From Octopus vulgaris (taxonomy: Eukaryota), in NCBI GenBank assembly GCA_951406725.2, contig OX597814.1, forward strand, positions 162,006,001-162,070,000: a stretch of 64,000 nucleotides of DNA. Direction: 5' to 3'. The translations under genes were made by a program, and so were the position numbers. Of the stretch, positions 1-12,641 are shown in pieces. Positions within the stretch are counted from its first letter, which is position 1. Each line of letters opens with the position of its first letter. The notes under the pieces are model-generated. The model did not search any database. It was given only the letters and a program-made list of their open reading frames with translations, and had not been told where the DNA came from.

Positions 1-3000
1 TTCTTCATGCAGAACATGTGCTCTCTCAAAAGTGTTGAACCCCTTTTTAACCTGCTTTATCCATCTGTGACGATAACAGGCATTGCTCTCCTAGTCAGTC
101 TCCTGCATATCACAGGCCTTTAATGAGGACCTGACACATTCCTTAAATCACAGCCTTGGTTTCTGCTGGGGTCTCTATCCATTCACAAGTTCCCCATATA
201 GCATCTGCTTAGGGATCCTGCTATCCTTCATTCTAATAAGGTGTCCAGTCCATCCTAACCGGTATTTGTGTACCACTGCCTTAATACTCAAGATATCAGC
301 TGTCCTCAGGACATGTATATCTGGTGTTTCTAAGGTTCAGCCAACATTCAGAATGTGTCTGAGACATCTCTGATGAAAATGTTCAAGGACCCTTACATGA
401 TGTTTGTAAAGGGTCCATGTCTCACATGAGTAAAGGAGTGATGTCAGTACATATGCATGGTACATAGCAGTTTTTGTTTGCTTTATGATGCCATGCTGGG
501 ACCAGACATGAGACTGAAAAGATCGGAAGGAATTAGTTGCTCTCTGCAGCCTGAAAGATATTTCATCATTCAGGGTGCAAGAACAGCTGAGTGTGCTGCC
601 CAGGTAGACAAACTTGTCTACCACTTTCAGAATTGTTCCTTCAACCAAGATAGCTGGTTCCACTTATGGAGGTCACAAATAAGAGACTGGAAAACTTTTG
701 AATTGGCAGCAAATTGGTGCAGATTAAAGAGGCAGCCAGAAGATCGATACCTGACATAATTCCCAGAAAGCTAACCTTAGCTTGAGTAAAAGCAGCAGCA
801 AAGAGAGTTGGGGTAAGGATGTCACCATTCTCTTCAGGAATGGGTCCCGCTATGCCACCACCAACATTGACCCAAGTTTTCTCCCAGCATGAAATGATTT
901 AATTATAGATACAAAATGATTCAGACATCCAAGATTTCCAAGTATTTTCCATAGCAAGGCCCTATTCACAGTATCAAAGGCCTTGGTTAAATCAATGAAT
1001 ACCTGGACAATATCCATATTCTGTTCATAACACTTCTGCATCTGTCTTGCTGTGAAAATCATATCCATTGTCCCTCTACCAGATCGGAAGCCACATTGAG
1101 ATTCAGATAGGACATCATTTACAAGACACCCATTCAGGCAGGTAAGAAGAATATTTGCCAGAACTTTACCAGCAGCTGATAGTAGAGCAATACCTCTGTA
1201 GTTACCACACATTGTTCTGGTTCCTTTTCCTTTATAGAGAGGGACAAAAATTGCATCTTTTCAGTCCTTAGGCATTGCACCATCCCTCCAGACTGCACTA
1301 GTAAGTTCATGAAGGGACTGTATGATGTAATCACCACCAAATCGCAAGATCTCAGCACAAATTCCATCCTTTCCAGGTGCCCTACCAAGATTCAATTTAC
1401 TTATTGATGTTATTACTTCATCTATTGAAATATTATTAATAGTCAGCATAAAAACAACAAATATTTACATAAATAAACAGCAAATGCTACACCAGACGTG
1501 CAGTCAAAAGTTACAAGAGTAACATATATACACAGTTCAGACTCCATATCCCAGTTTTTGGTCTCCACAAAATTGGCATCACACAAATTTGGTTTTTCAA
1601 AAATAGCATTCCAAAAATTTTGGATTTCATAAAATCCGGATTTCCATTTTTGTACAAATTCAGTTTTTGCATTTCAGATTTCAACAGTGGATTTTGAACC
1701 TTGATTTCATAAAATCTGTCTATCAATTCGGTGTTCAACTTTGGGTTTCAAACCTTGGATATTGAACCTTGGAATATAGAAACCTTGGACATACACATAA
1801 TTAAATCTAATGTCAAAGCAACCATTTAAACTAAAGGTTCATGACACAAAACAGCTGCCAAACTGCATCAATAATTATTGTTAAAAAATTAAATAGTCAA
1901 GCAAAAAGCTAGTTTGCTTTAAATTCACACAAACCTGCTTAATACAAGTATACTGAATAACCATTGGACAAAATTTACAGTTAGTTGTCTAATACAAAAA
2001 TTAGCTACATGAAAAATTTTAATTCATACACCCTTTAGCTATTTATATAAATTTTAACACTTAACTTAACAGAAAATAGCTAGCAAAATTACTACACAAC
2101 CTGCCACAAACACAGGATTCAAAATTCACATAAATAATGTAACATAACAAAACTTAAGAGATTTTTCTTTTGTACTCACCCAGATGTGGCACAGACATTA
2201 TCTTAAATTTGACAAAAGTTCTGGCGAATTCCTGGAGCATAAATAATTCCACAAATGCCCAACACAAAGTACAAAGTGCACGAACCAAACAGGCAATCAC
2301 AACCTCTAAAATCCAATTGAACAACTGTCACAAAAATCTAGGGGGTAAAATTATCTCTATTTATAAAGTTTGCCAGGGTGTGGCCAATTTGTCATGGTTT
2401 CAGTTTTGGTTAATAACTATAGCGTCCCCCATTTTAACAATGGACTTCTCCCTTACAGTGCAGCATGACAACTGTTTTCCTGTTTGCTTTACATAATAAT
2501 TTATAATTTCCTAACATTTCTCTCTTTCACACTAATCATCATCCAGAACTTTGCTTGTACCAGACTGTGGTCTGTCCAGCATTCCGATTCATGAAAGGAC
2601 TTGACATTACAAGTGTCATAGATGTCACGATTGCAGATGATAACAATCCAGCAAGTGCCAAACTTTAGACCTTGGATGCATCCACGTTGTTGTGTGATTG
2701 CCTTTGTGCATAAAATGAGTGCTTGCAATGTAAAGTCCATGTTCATCACAAAGCTCCAGCAGCATGAGACCATTTCTATTCATTTTCCCTATACCAAAAC
2801 GTCCTAGAGAATTCCATGTTTGCTAGTCTATTCCAACCCTGGCATTGAAATTGAAAATGACTATCAGAACTGGGGATTTTCCTAAGTATGGCTCTCAGCT
2901 GGGTATAAAAAGTAGTTTTATCACAACTAGTCAAAGTAGGTGCATAGGCAAACCGCCCACCTTTCAGGTGCAATTGTAGAGTCATTAGACGTTCATTTAT

Positions 3001-3025
3001 AGGAACAGGAAGCTCCTGCAAATTC
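1..3025 (-). mobile_element. Degenerate RTE-clade (BovB-like) LINE: APE endonuclease remnants ~2440-3025, RT and C-terminal remnants 1-1440; interrupted and partly deleted
   Basis: Frameshifted fragments YAPTL, ECWTDHSLV (APE); APGKDGICAE, CGNYRGIALLSAAGKVLA, ESQCGFRSGRGTMDMIF, FIDLTKAFDTVNR, FVYLGS, LLYSCETWTLY, FHQRCLRHIL (RTE RT). Confidence 0.9.
1879..2439 (-). mobile_element. Possible LTR-like insertion inside the RTE remnant
   Basis: 8-bp terminal inverted repeat TGTTAAAA/TTTTAACA; internal TATAAATAG and GTGAGT donor on minus strand; TGGCAGC PBS-like motif ~20 nt downstream; no clear TSD and no coding region. Confidence 0.3.
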
Positions 3026-3040
3026 GTAAGGATTATTTAT

Positions 3041-3428
<388 letters not shown>

Positions 3429-3443
3429 TTATTTTATAGAAGG

Positions 3444-3494
3444 AGCTTCTACAGGACTAGAACTGTTTCATTCAAAAGAAATCATCAGGAAGCT
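3444..3494 (-). ncRNA. Type I hammerhead ribozyme in 3' pLTR
   Basis: Minus strand AGCUUC-CUGAUGA-U UUC UUUU GAA U-GAA-ACAG uucuaguc CUGU-A-GAAGCU; 6-bp stem I, 4-bp stem III, GUA cleavage triplet; U.U at base of stem II. Confidence 0.85.
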
Positions 3495-3949
3495 AGGTGA
3501 CAAGAATAGTTTTGGCATTTATACACTTAGGCAGGTTTAAGGGGTGGTGGTGGGGGACTTTTTGGGGTAGGCATGGCGCAAACTATCATTCTTAGGGGAG
3601 TGGTCAAAGGAATCAATGATAAAGTAGATAAAAGAATAAATAGAATAATAGAGTTTACATACACATACCCACATACATCCATACACACATGTACATATGC
3701 ACCCATTTACATACATCTACGTACTCACCCATACCCATACTCATACATACACACAAATATCTACACACATATATAAGTAAAATAAATAAATATATAAATA
3801 TAAAAGAGGATATACACCCCGTACACACACGCTCACATATCCATATATATATATATATATAAAAGTTCTATTGCCACCACCATCACCACTAGCAACAATA
3901 ATTAAGGTGCTGACAATGATGATGATGACAATTGAAATATAAAAATATA

Positions 3950-4440
3950 AAAATCTCTGACAAAGGATATTTACAACATTTCTAAAAATAACCCAACAAT
4001 TGCTGCTTCGGCCAGGATCAAGATACAGGACTCTTGACCTGTCCAACAAAGCGTGATGCCTAAACCAATCAGCTCAACCAACCAATCAGCTTAAGTAATT
4101 GAGTGATACTACACACTGATTGGTCAGAATACAGTTTGCAAAACCTAGCACTCTGGAGCCTACCCAGCTGTATTTATAGCACAGAATCACTCATCTTGCT
4201 ACAGTCAAAAATTGTGAAGCATGACTGTCAACACTACTACATGAACCCGAAGATTGCAGAATTCAATGCATGAAAGTACTAGTTCAATCAGAATGAATAT
4301 TTAACATTCTACTATTTCATTTTATTTTATTCAATTATAATATATTATCTTATAATATATCATTATAAGATTGTAAATAAAACGTGAAAATCAGACAAGG
4401 TTGGAATTCTTTTTATTAATATATTCTTCTATACACAATC
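3950..4440 (+). mobile_element. Solo pLTR / 3' remnant of a second PLE family nested in the pLTR of element A
   Basis: Decayed GIY-YIG C-terminus-like peptide (ISKNNPTI..YRTLDL), three CCAAT boxes, TATTTATA, hammerhead motif, AT-rich tail. Confidence 0.6.
4242..4286 (+). ncRNA. Minimal hammerhead motif with U4C core substitution
   Basis: UGAAC-CCGAAGA-U UGCA gaauucaa UGCA U-GAA-AGUACU-A-GUUCA; palindromic stem III. Confidence 0.7.
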
Positions 4441-4510
4441 ACACACACCCATATATATATATATATATATATCTATATATATATATATATCTACACACAT
4501 TCATACACAC

Positions 4511-4872
4511 AATCCGATCGTGGCCGTTCGCCAGCCTCATCTGGCACTTGTGTCGGTGGCACATAAAAACACCATCCGAGCGTGGCCGTCTGCCAGCCTC
4601 ATCTGGCACTTGTGTCGGTGGCACATAAAAAACACCATCCGAGCGTGGCCGTTCGCCAGCCTCGTCTGGCACCTGTGTCGGTGGCACATAAAATCACCCA
4701 CTACACTCTCGGAGTGGTTGGCGTTAGGAAGGGCATCCAGCTGTAGAAACACTGCCAGATCTGACTGGCCTGGTGCAGCCTTCGGGCTCCCCAGACTCCA
4801 GTTGAACCGTCCAACCCATGCTAGCATGGAAAGCGGACGTTAAATGAAGATGATGATGATGATGATGATGAT
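4511..4872 (+). mobile_element. 5'-truncated RTE 3' UTR copy with (GAT)n tail
   Basis: Reverse complement of the 3' end of the RTE at 12638-13050; three ~62-nt repeat modules. Confidence 0.9.
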
Positions 4873-4999
4873 ATATACATTGTTTTTATTTGACCTCGAC
4901 CAACGAAGCCGACACAGAGGTTGGTTTCTCCCAAGGGAGCTTGCCTTGCTGGCTTAAAAAACCATTTATTGCCCCTCTACCTTCCTTTCTATCTTTCTA

Positions 5000-5836
5000 C
5001 CCACTGATACGAACACAAACACTCACACACGCACACACACTCACACTCATACACATACACAGACGCATGTGTTATATTCATACATACATAAGTGTACCGA
5101 CTTTCACATAAAAGTACACATAACTATGTACACACAAAACCACATATATAAATAAATGTACTTCAGTACATATAAACACACAAGAACATCTGCCCGCATA
5201 TATAGACTCATATGCCTATATACAGACATTTGTGCATATAAACATACATACGCATATATACACATCCATACGCCTTTAAGTACATATTAGCACACATGCA
5301 CGCATACACGTGTACATAAAAGCATACCTACATATATCTACCTACACTCATACATATACATACATGCACATATATACGCATACGTACATGTACCTACAGA
5401 TTCATATCTACACGCATACACATACATACATCTGCACACACACAGAAGACTAGTCCACATATATACACAAGTATATATATATACACATGTATATACATAT
5501 ACATATATATACATATATATACATATATATATATATATACACACATATATACACATACACGCACGTATATACCTACATATACATACACATATATACCTAC
5601 ACCAGTCATATACATACCTACATACACATACATCCATATATCTATACATATACATATATATACACATGCACATACCAATACACATACGCATATCTACGCA
5701 CATACACGCACTCACATCTATCTACATATATAAAAAAAGAAACCCAACAAATCCATACTTATACACTCATACATATACATACATACATATACACATATAT
5801 ACTCATACATATATACACACACACATATATACACGC

Positions 5837-5883
<47 letters not shown>

Positions 5884-6121
5884 TACACATACATATACAT
5901 ACACACACATCTACATCTACATACATATACATCCGTATGCACACCCATATACATACATACATCCACACGAGGTATACAGGCATATACACACATATATATA
6001 TATACACACATATATATATATACACACACACATACACACATATATATATATATATACACACACGTACGCACACAAATATATACCCATACATATATACACA
6101 TATATACACACACAGATATAT

Positions 6122-6176
<55 letters not shown>

Positions 6177-6770
6177 TACATACATACACATACATATACA
6201 TATACATACACACACACATCTACATACACATACACATACTTCCGTACGCACACCCATATACATACATACATCCACACAGAGGTATACAGGCATATACACA
6301 CATATATATACACACACATATATGTATATATATATATATACATATATACACACACGAACGCACACAAATACTCATATATACACATATATACACCAATACA
6401 CATACGCATACACACATGCGCATCTATATATACATAAATACATACATGCATACAAACATATACATATATACATACATGCATACTCAAATAATAAAGAATA
6501 AATATATATACGTGCAATTACCCATCATAAAGACGGATACATACATATTAACATACACATGTATACCTATTTACCCATATGTACCTACATACATACACAT
6601 ACACATAAATCTACATACCTACATATACATAAACACACAAGCGTACATATATATATATATATATATCCACATACATATAGATACACATATATATACACAT
6701 ACGTACACACCATACCTACATCCATACATATCTATACATATATACATGTGTACATATACAATATGTGAAT
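5000..6770. repeat. Compound (TA)/(CA)/(TACA) low-complexity tract inside PLE A, with a ~310-bp internal duplication
   Basis: ccgtaygcacacccatatacatacatacatccacac.gaggtatacaggcatatacacaca occurs at ~5933 and ~6242. Confidence 0.9.
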
Positions 6771-6807
6771 AGTCTTAGGAGAGAAGGTAATTGGGGGTGG
6801 GGTGTCG

Positions 6808-8227
6808 TCAATCGGGTTGCCGGGTGGGTCTGTAGTTTTTATAGTTTGCATAAATTTTGTGCATACAATTTGAGGAGTGTTCCGAGATCTTGTTGAGGAA
6901 GGGGCCTTTGGCGAACAAGATCTCCAGGCTCTCAGAGATGCAATGGTCACAGCAGGTATGGCCTCCTGTGTACGAACGCGCCCTCTGTAGTAGTCTCCAC
7001 TTGATCTTGAAGGGGATGGAGTTCCTTTTAAGGTACCAGATGTGGGCAGCGAGAGTAGTTTGGTTAGATTTGTCAGGTCGCCGGAACGAATGTGTGTGGG
7101 CGTACCAACGAGTCTTAAAGCTGTTTGACGTCATTCCGATGTACGATTTTCTTTTATCATCGGGGCCTGATCGTACCTCGCATGTGTAGACTAGGTCCTT
7201 CTGTAGGCAGTTGTTGTTGAGGGGGCAAGTGGTTTTATCAGAGCAGTTGCAATTGCTTTCGGATGTTGGATGGGCCTCGGAAAAAGTAGATTTATTAAGT
7301 TTTTTCACGTTATTGTTGGCTAGGTTCCTGGCTAGATTGGGCATGGTGGAGTAGGAGAGTCTAATGGTGTTCTTATTTAGGATTGTATAGTACTTATGTT
7401 GGGTGGGGAAGTGTTTTTGTAGGAGAGTGAAGAAAATTTTGGCTACAAGTGTGGCGACCTCACGGTTGAAGGGGGGGTTTGTACCAGCTAATGTGTCTTC
7501 GCCTATTTTTCCTGGGTTGGTGTGGGGCTATGCTACTGTAGGTGATCTTATCTTTAAAGCCACTGCGGGCCAGGGCCTCGTTGTAATAGGGGGCTGCGGC
7601 GTTAAAGATATCTTCAGTAGCGGATGGGCTAGATATTCTAATTGAGACACTTTTCACTAGGTTGTCTAATATATTTTTGGGGTGGTTAGAGTTAATGTCT
7701 ATATATCTAAGGGATTCATTTGGTTTATGGTACGGGTAATAAAGTGAGGTTTTTAAGTCGAGGGTAACGTCAAGGAAGTTAGCTTTGGTTAAGTTGGATT
7801 CTAAGGTAATCCTAAGGCCTAAATTTTTAAAAAAAGTGTAAAGGTTTTTCCAGAACCCATCCGTGGTCCTGGGGTTTATTTTGTGGAGGGCAAAAAGGCC
7901 ATCATCGCAGTAAAGACCACCGGAGAGGCCTGTGAATAGGGTCTTCAGCCTATGGAGGATGAAAAGGCCCACAAGGTCACTTATTTCAGCCGAGTCGCTA
8001 GCACCCATGCTGACGTCGAAGGGGGTCACAGATTTTTTGTTGATCCAGTGGGATCCGTCGTGGAAAAGAAAAGTCTTACGTGCATGGAGGATCACATCTT
8101 GCTTGGCCTCGGTGATGGTGGAGAACGTCCTAGCGAAGTTAATCGCGTCGATCAGCAGGCTCTCCGATATGGAGGCGTAGTAATCCTCGATATCTAATTG
8201 TAGGAATCGGGTGTTGCTTTTGTCAGG
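6808..8227 (-). pseudogene. PLE reverse transcriptase + GIY-YIG endonuclease, 5'-truncated, one +1 frameshift near 7480
   Basis: [40 protein letters not shown] (YRDD variant), NFLDVTLDL, SNHP; after the frameshift CNC..CPL, LVY..SYIGMT..FKTRW..H, CCDHC..E. Naiad assignment rests on recalled motif resemblance. Confidence 0.9.
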
Positions 8228-8269
8228 TATATATATATATATAAGTGTGTGTATGAATGTGTGTAGATA

Positions 8270-8324
<55 letters not shown>

Positions 8325-8670
8325 ATATGTGAGCGTGTGTGTACGGGGTGTATATCCTCTTTTATATTTATATATTTATTTATTTTACTTATATATGTGT
8401 GTAGATATTTGTGTGTATGTATGAGTATGGGTATGGGTGAGTACGTAGATGTATGTAAATGGGTGCATATGTACATGTGTATATGGATGTATGTGGGTAT
8501 GTGTATGTAAACTCTATTATTCTATTTATTCTTTTATCTACTTTATCACTGATTCCTTTGACCACTCCCCTAAGAATGATAGTTTGCGCCATGCCTACCC
8601 CAAAAAGTCCCCCACCACCACCCCTTAAACCTGCCTAAGTGTATAAATGCCAAAACTATTCTTGTCACCT

Positions 8671-8721
8671 AGCTTCCTGAAGATTTCTTTTGAATGAAAC
8701 AGTTCTAGTCCTGTAGAAGCT
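8671..8721 (+). ncRNA. Type I hammerhead ribozyme in inverted 5' pLTR
   Basis: AGCUUC-CUGAAGA-UUUCUUUUGAAU-GAA-ACAG uucuaguc CUGU-A-GAAGCU; differs from the 3444 copy only at variable position 7; TATAAAT at 8642. Confidence 0.85.
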
Positions 8722-8805
8722 CCTTCTATAAAATAAATTAATTTACTCTGCTATGTATTGAGTACCTTATTTACTGTGGTTAACCCCGACTCAACCCGGG
8801 ACCTA

Positions 8806-8862
<57 letters not shown>

Positions 8863-8870
8863 GTATATAT

Positions 8871-8931
<61 letters not shown>

Positions 8932-9139
8932 GATGAAATGAATACATATGTTTCTACTGCAAAATTTTATTTAAAACACAGTTGCTTATTATTTGGCATG
9001 TAACAATAAGCAGCATCATATAACATTACGTGAGATTATGTTTTTATATACAAACATATACACATCAAAAGGATCAAAGGCTCTTCTTGGGTCATAGGCT
9101 CATGAAACAGTTTCTTGAATTATGTGGTGTTTATATTCC

Positions 9140-9320
9140 ACACTGGATGAGATGCTGGTCCTTTGCAGGATTACTCATTTTTGCCAGCAGAGTGGACTGA
9201 AGCAACATGAAACAAAATGTTTTGCCAAAGGACAAAATACATTGCCCAGTCCAGAAACTTGAAACCAGAATTGTATGGTCATGACAGTGACAGCCTAACC
9301 AGAAAGCCATGCCTCTCCAC
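9140..9320 (-). mobile_element. tRNA-derived SINE (family also at ~34895-35090 +, ~39190-39390 +, ~59855-60140 +)
   Basis: Shared core tttcaygttgctccagtccactc..ctggcaaaaatgagt with A/B-box-like head. Confidence 0.7.
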
Positions 9321-9699
9321 ACATACATACATACATACATGTATATATATGTGTGTTTGTCTGTGTATGTGTTTGTATGTATGTATATATATATGTACAT
9401 ACATACACATATATATATGTGAGTGTGTGTGTATATATATATACATTTGTGTGTGTCCATATATTTATGTCTACATGTATATATATATATGTATATGTAT
9501 ATATATATTATATATTTATGTATGTATACACATTCATACATGCATAATACATACATGCATGCATGCATGCATAAATGCATGCATACATAAATACATACAT
9601 ACATACACACACACACACATACATACATACATACATACATACATACATACATACATACATACATACATACATACATACATACATACATACATACATACA

Positions 9700-10407
9700 T
9701 AAGACTCTCTATAAAATACAGATTTTGCTTTCAAAGTGCATGAAACGTAACAATGTGGATAACCTAAGCTTCACTACAAAGGAAAAATCCTTCTATCCAC
9801 ACCAGAAGATAAATCTCTTAGCTTATCACAGTATACACTGAGCACATATTGAATCATACTCCCCAACTCCAGCACTATCTTCCACCTACAACCTAAATAT
9901 AATCAAAACAAGAAAAACTTGAAATCATACCATTAAATCAAAACCTAGAAAATTTAAGGGAAAAGAACATTATTGACAATAGATGACTTACTCTTATGTG
10001 AATGTGATAAAAATAGACATTCCCATAATAATAAACATACACTCAACAGGGAATTTAAGCCTTCACGAATTATGAAATATGCGAGAGCAGCAAAAATAAC
10101 ATGTTTGCATTTATGAATAGAAACGAATGTATTACAAGAATTAATGTTTTCTCTCAAGGATAAAAACAAATTTATAAAGATCCAGAAGATAACACCAACT
10201 AATTAAAAGTTAAATTCAGAAAACTAATTGGAATGATAAATTCACACCTAAGAATCATCTGCTTTCTTGACATCAAAGGAGAATAAACTCCAGCACATAT
10301 ATAAAAACACAGTAAAAGTGAAGAAACAAAACAGCCTGTGCCAATCTATGATATCACAGATAGATATACCTGCTTATAAAATCACCAAACAAGTTGATAG
10401 CATTATC
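9700..10407 (+). mobile_element. Old PLE B, N-terminal RT part
   Basis: Decayed KNNMFAFMNRNE..LKDKNKFIKI..PT..LKVK..PAHIY..SMISQIDIPAYKITKQVDSII matches PLE RT motifs 0-2. Confidence 0.7.
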
Positions 10408-11069
10408 TATCTGTCTGTCTGTCAGCCTGTCTGTCTATCTATCTTTAGATGGATAGGTTGTATTCCATATAATGTGACTACTCAGAAGGCTGTAATATAA
10501 TTTGACAGGAATACAGTATAAAAAAATACACGAAACAAGGTGGTAACTTTAAATGTCTTTAATGCTGGGCACATATATATATACACAAGCTGAATGATAA
10601 ATGGAAGTGGTTGATGGACTTTTATTCATATATCTACATGCATATGCATGAGTTGTATGTTTTCTGTTAACCCTGGTGAGAAGCTCATAAACAGCCATAT
10701 GTTAAAACCTGTGCAGTGTTGTTGGTGCTGTGTAGATGTTGTTGACAACGTTGGTGAGAGACATGATGGTGGTGATGTAGACGGAGGTCACTGTAATGTG
10801 GTAAGTGGTTAGACCTTAGAATATTTGGAACCAACAGACCCTGAGACTAGGAGGAGGTGAGTTTTTATAGCTAACAGTAGGCTCAAATGTAGTTTAGAAC
10901 AGACTTTTGCATGATTTATTTGGAGGCTGCAATTGGTTAGGTTGCATATTGGTGCGTGATAGAGTAAGAGACAAATTGCACCAATATCAACCAATCAGAG
11001 TGGTAGACACAACAGGGTACAAAACAGCGTCCAAAGGTTAGCTGTTACCTGCTACATACATATGTATGT

Positions 11070-12600
11070 ATATATAATAGAGAGAGGAAGTTCACTAGAG
11101 TTCGCTACAGACAGCCCCACAAATCATTTTGTGGGAAACAAAATAGACAATAAAAAAAGATTTCTGTAGCAGAAAAGAAGAGTGTCCAATCAAATAGAAC
11201 AAGGTATATATGTACAATGATACAGAAAGAGAGAAAATATGAATGCGGTGTCTATAACAATATAAGTCTATTCTCTGGAACAGTCACTGGCAAGGCACAG
11301 TTAAGAAATGTAAATAGTCTGAGATACAGAATGTCTGACATGCAAAAGTGATAACAACTGTCCAGGAAACTGGAAATCACAAGATGCAAAAGTCAAAGTG
11401 CTTGAGATGCAATGTTGGCTGCTGAGACATGGGCAGTGCCAAGACTTTGCCTGCAAGGGCAGTGAGCCACTTGTTGTAGAAAAAAGGTGTTGTTAGTCTG
11501 CAAGAGTAGTAGGTCACTTGCAGAAGCTAGTGTTATAAGCCTGCAAGAGTGATGGGTTGCTTGCAGGGGTTAGTGTTGTAAGCCTGCAAGAGCGGTGGGT
11601 CACTTGCAAAGGCTGGTGGTGCTAGCATGCAGGAGCAATGAGAAAGCAACTAAAATCCTAGAATGTGGTGCATGTGTGTATGAACATTGAAACAAGTTAA
11701 CATATATTATACACAATATTCAGAATCATGTGTGTATGAACATTGAAACAAGTTAACATATACACAATATTCAAAAATATGTACATATAGAGGTAAGGTC
11801 CTGAAAAAGGAAGTGATATGCAAAGAAAAGTGAAAAAAAAAAATCAGACAACTGAAATGCAATACAATGCACAGGCAAGTTAAAGTTCCATTCTTTAAAG
11901 CAGAGTTCAATTAAGTCAAAGTGGCCAATATGTCTAAAGGTGTCATTCACATGGCTGAGGGAGAGAATAACAGCAACAATTGCTGTGTCCAATGCAGTGT
12001 TGTCCGGAGCAGGAGAAATAAAAGTTCATGAGAAAGATGAAGAAGCGCATTGAGGCAAAGGAAAAGGGACTCATTTTGAAGATAATATGAATGGAATGCA
12101 ATGAAGAATAAGCTGGTTGAAAGAAATGCCATTAGAAATAGCAGTCAAAACACCCTAATTGAAAGAAGACATGATGAGCAGTGAACTAAGAAATTTTTTT
12201 CAGTAGCAGAGGATGAAAATAGAAGTCCTTGCTAATGGATAAAGAACAAAACATGGTCAACTTGTGGGTAATCCGGGTGGTTGAGAGACAGAAACTCATA
12301 CCTGGCATATAGGAAAAACTTGTTGTCCATGTGAATTCTGGAGAAAATTCCAAATAATTTTTATTCATTTTCTTTTACAAGCAAAAAGAATATTCCCCTA
12401 CGACGCTGTATATGCAAAGACCAAGTTGTAAATTCGGTTACAACCTGAGGAAAAATGATTTGCAGTTTCCCACTTGAAAATGGCGCCAAAATTTTCTGGA
12501 GAAGAAGACAATATGGAGACAATAGGCATCAGTGGTGTTGCTATATGATGAATGGTGGTCTGGTTGCATAGACGCATTCTTGTCCTATTTTGTATTTTTA
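11070..12600 (+). other. Unclassified decayed element with ~45-bp degenerate tandem repeat (11440-11640) and ~56-bp tandem duplication (11671-11775)
   Basis: Recurring gcctgcaagag..gtgggtcacttgca; duplicated catgtgtgtatgaacattgaaacaagttaacata; bounded by (TA)n. Confidence 0.35.
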
Positions 12601-12602
12601 TA

Positions 12603-12637
<35 letters not shown>

Positions 12638-12641
<4 letters not shown>

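Noticed and set aside
6808-7480. Selenocysteine recoding in the Naiad-like endonuclease
   Set aside because: No in-frame TGA at Cys positions; the TGA at 7460 results from a +1 frameshift.
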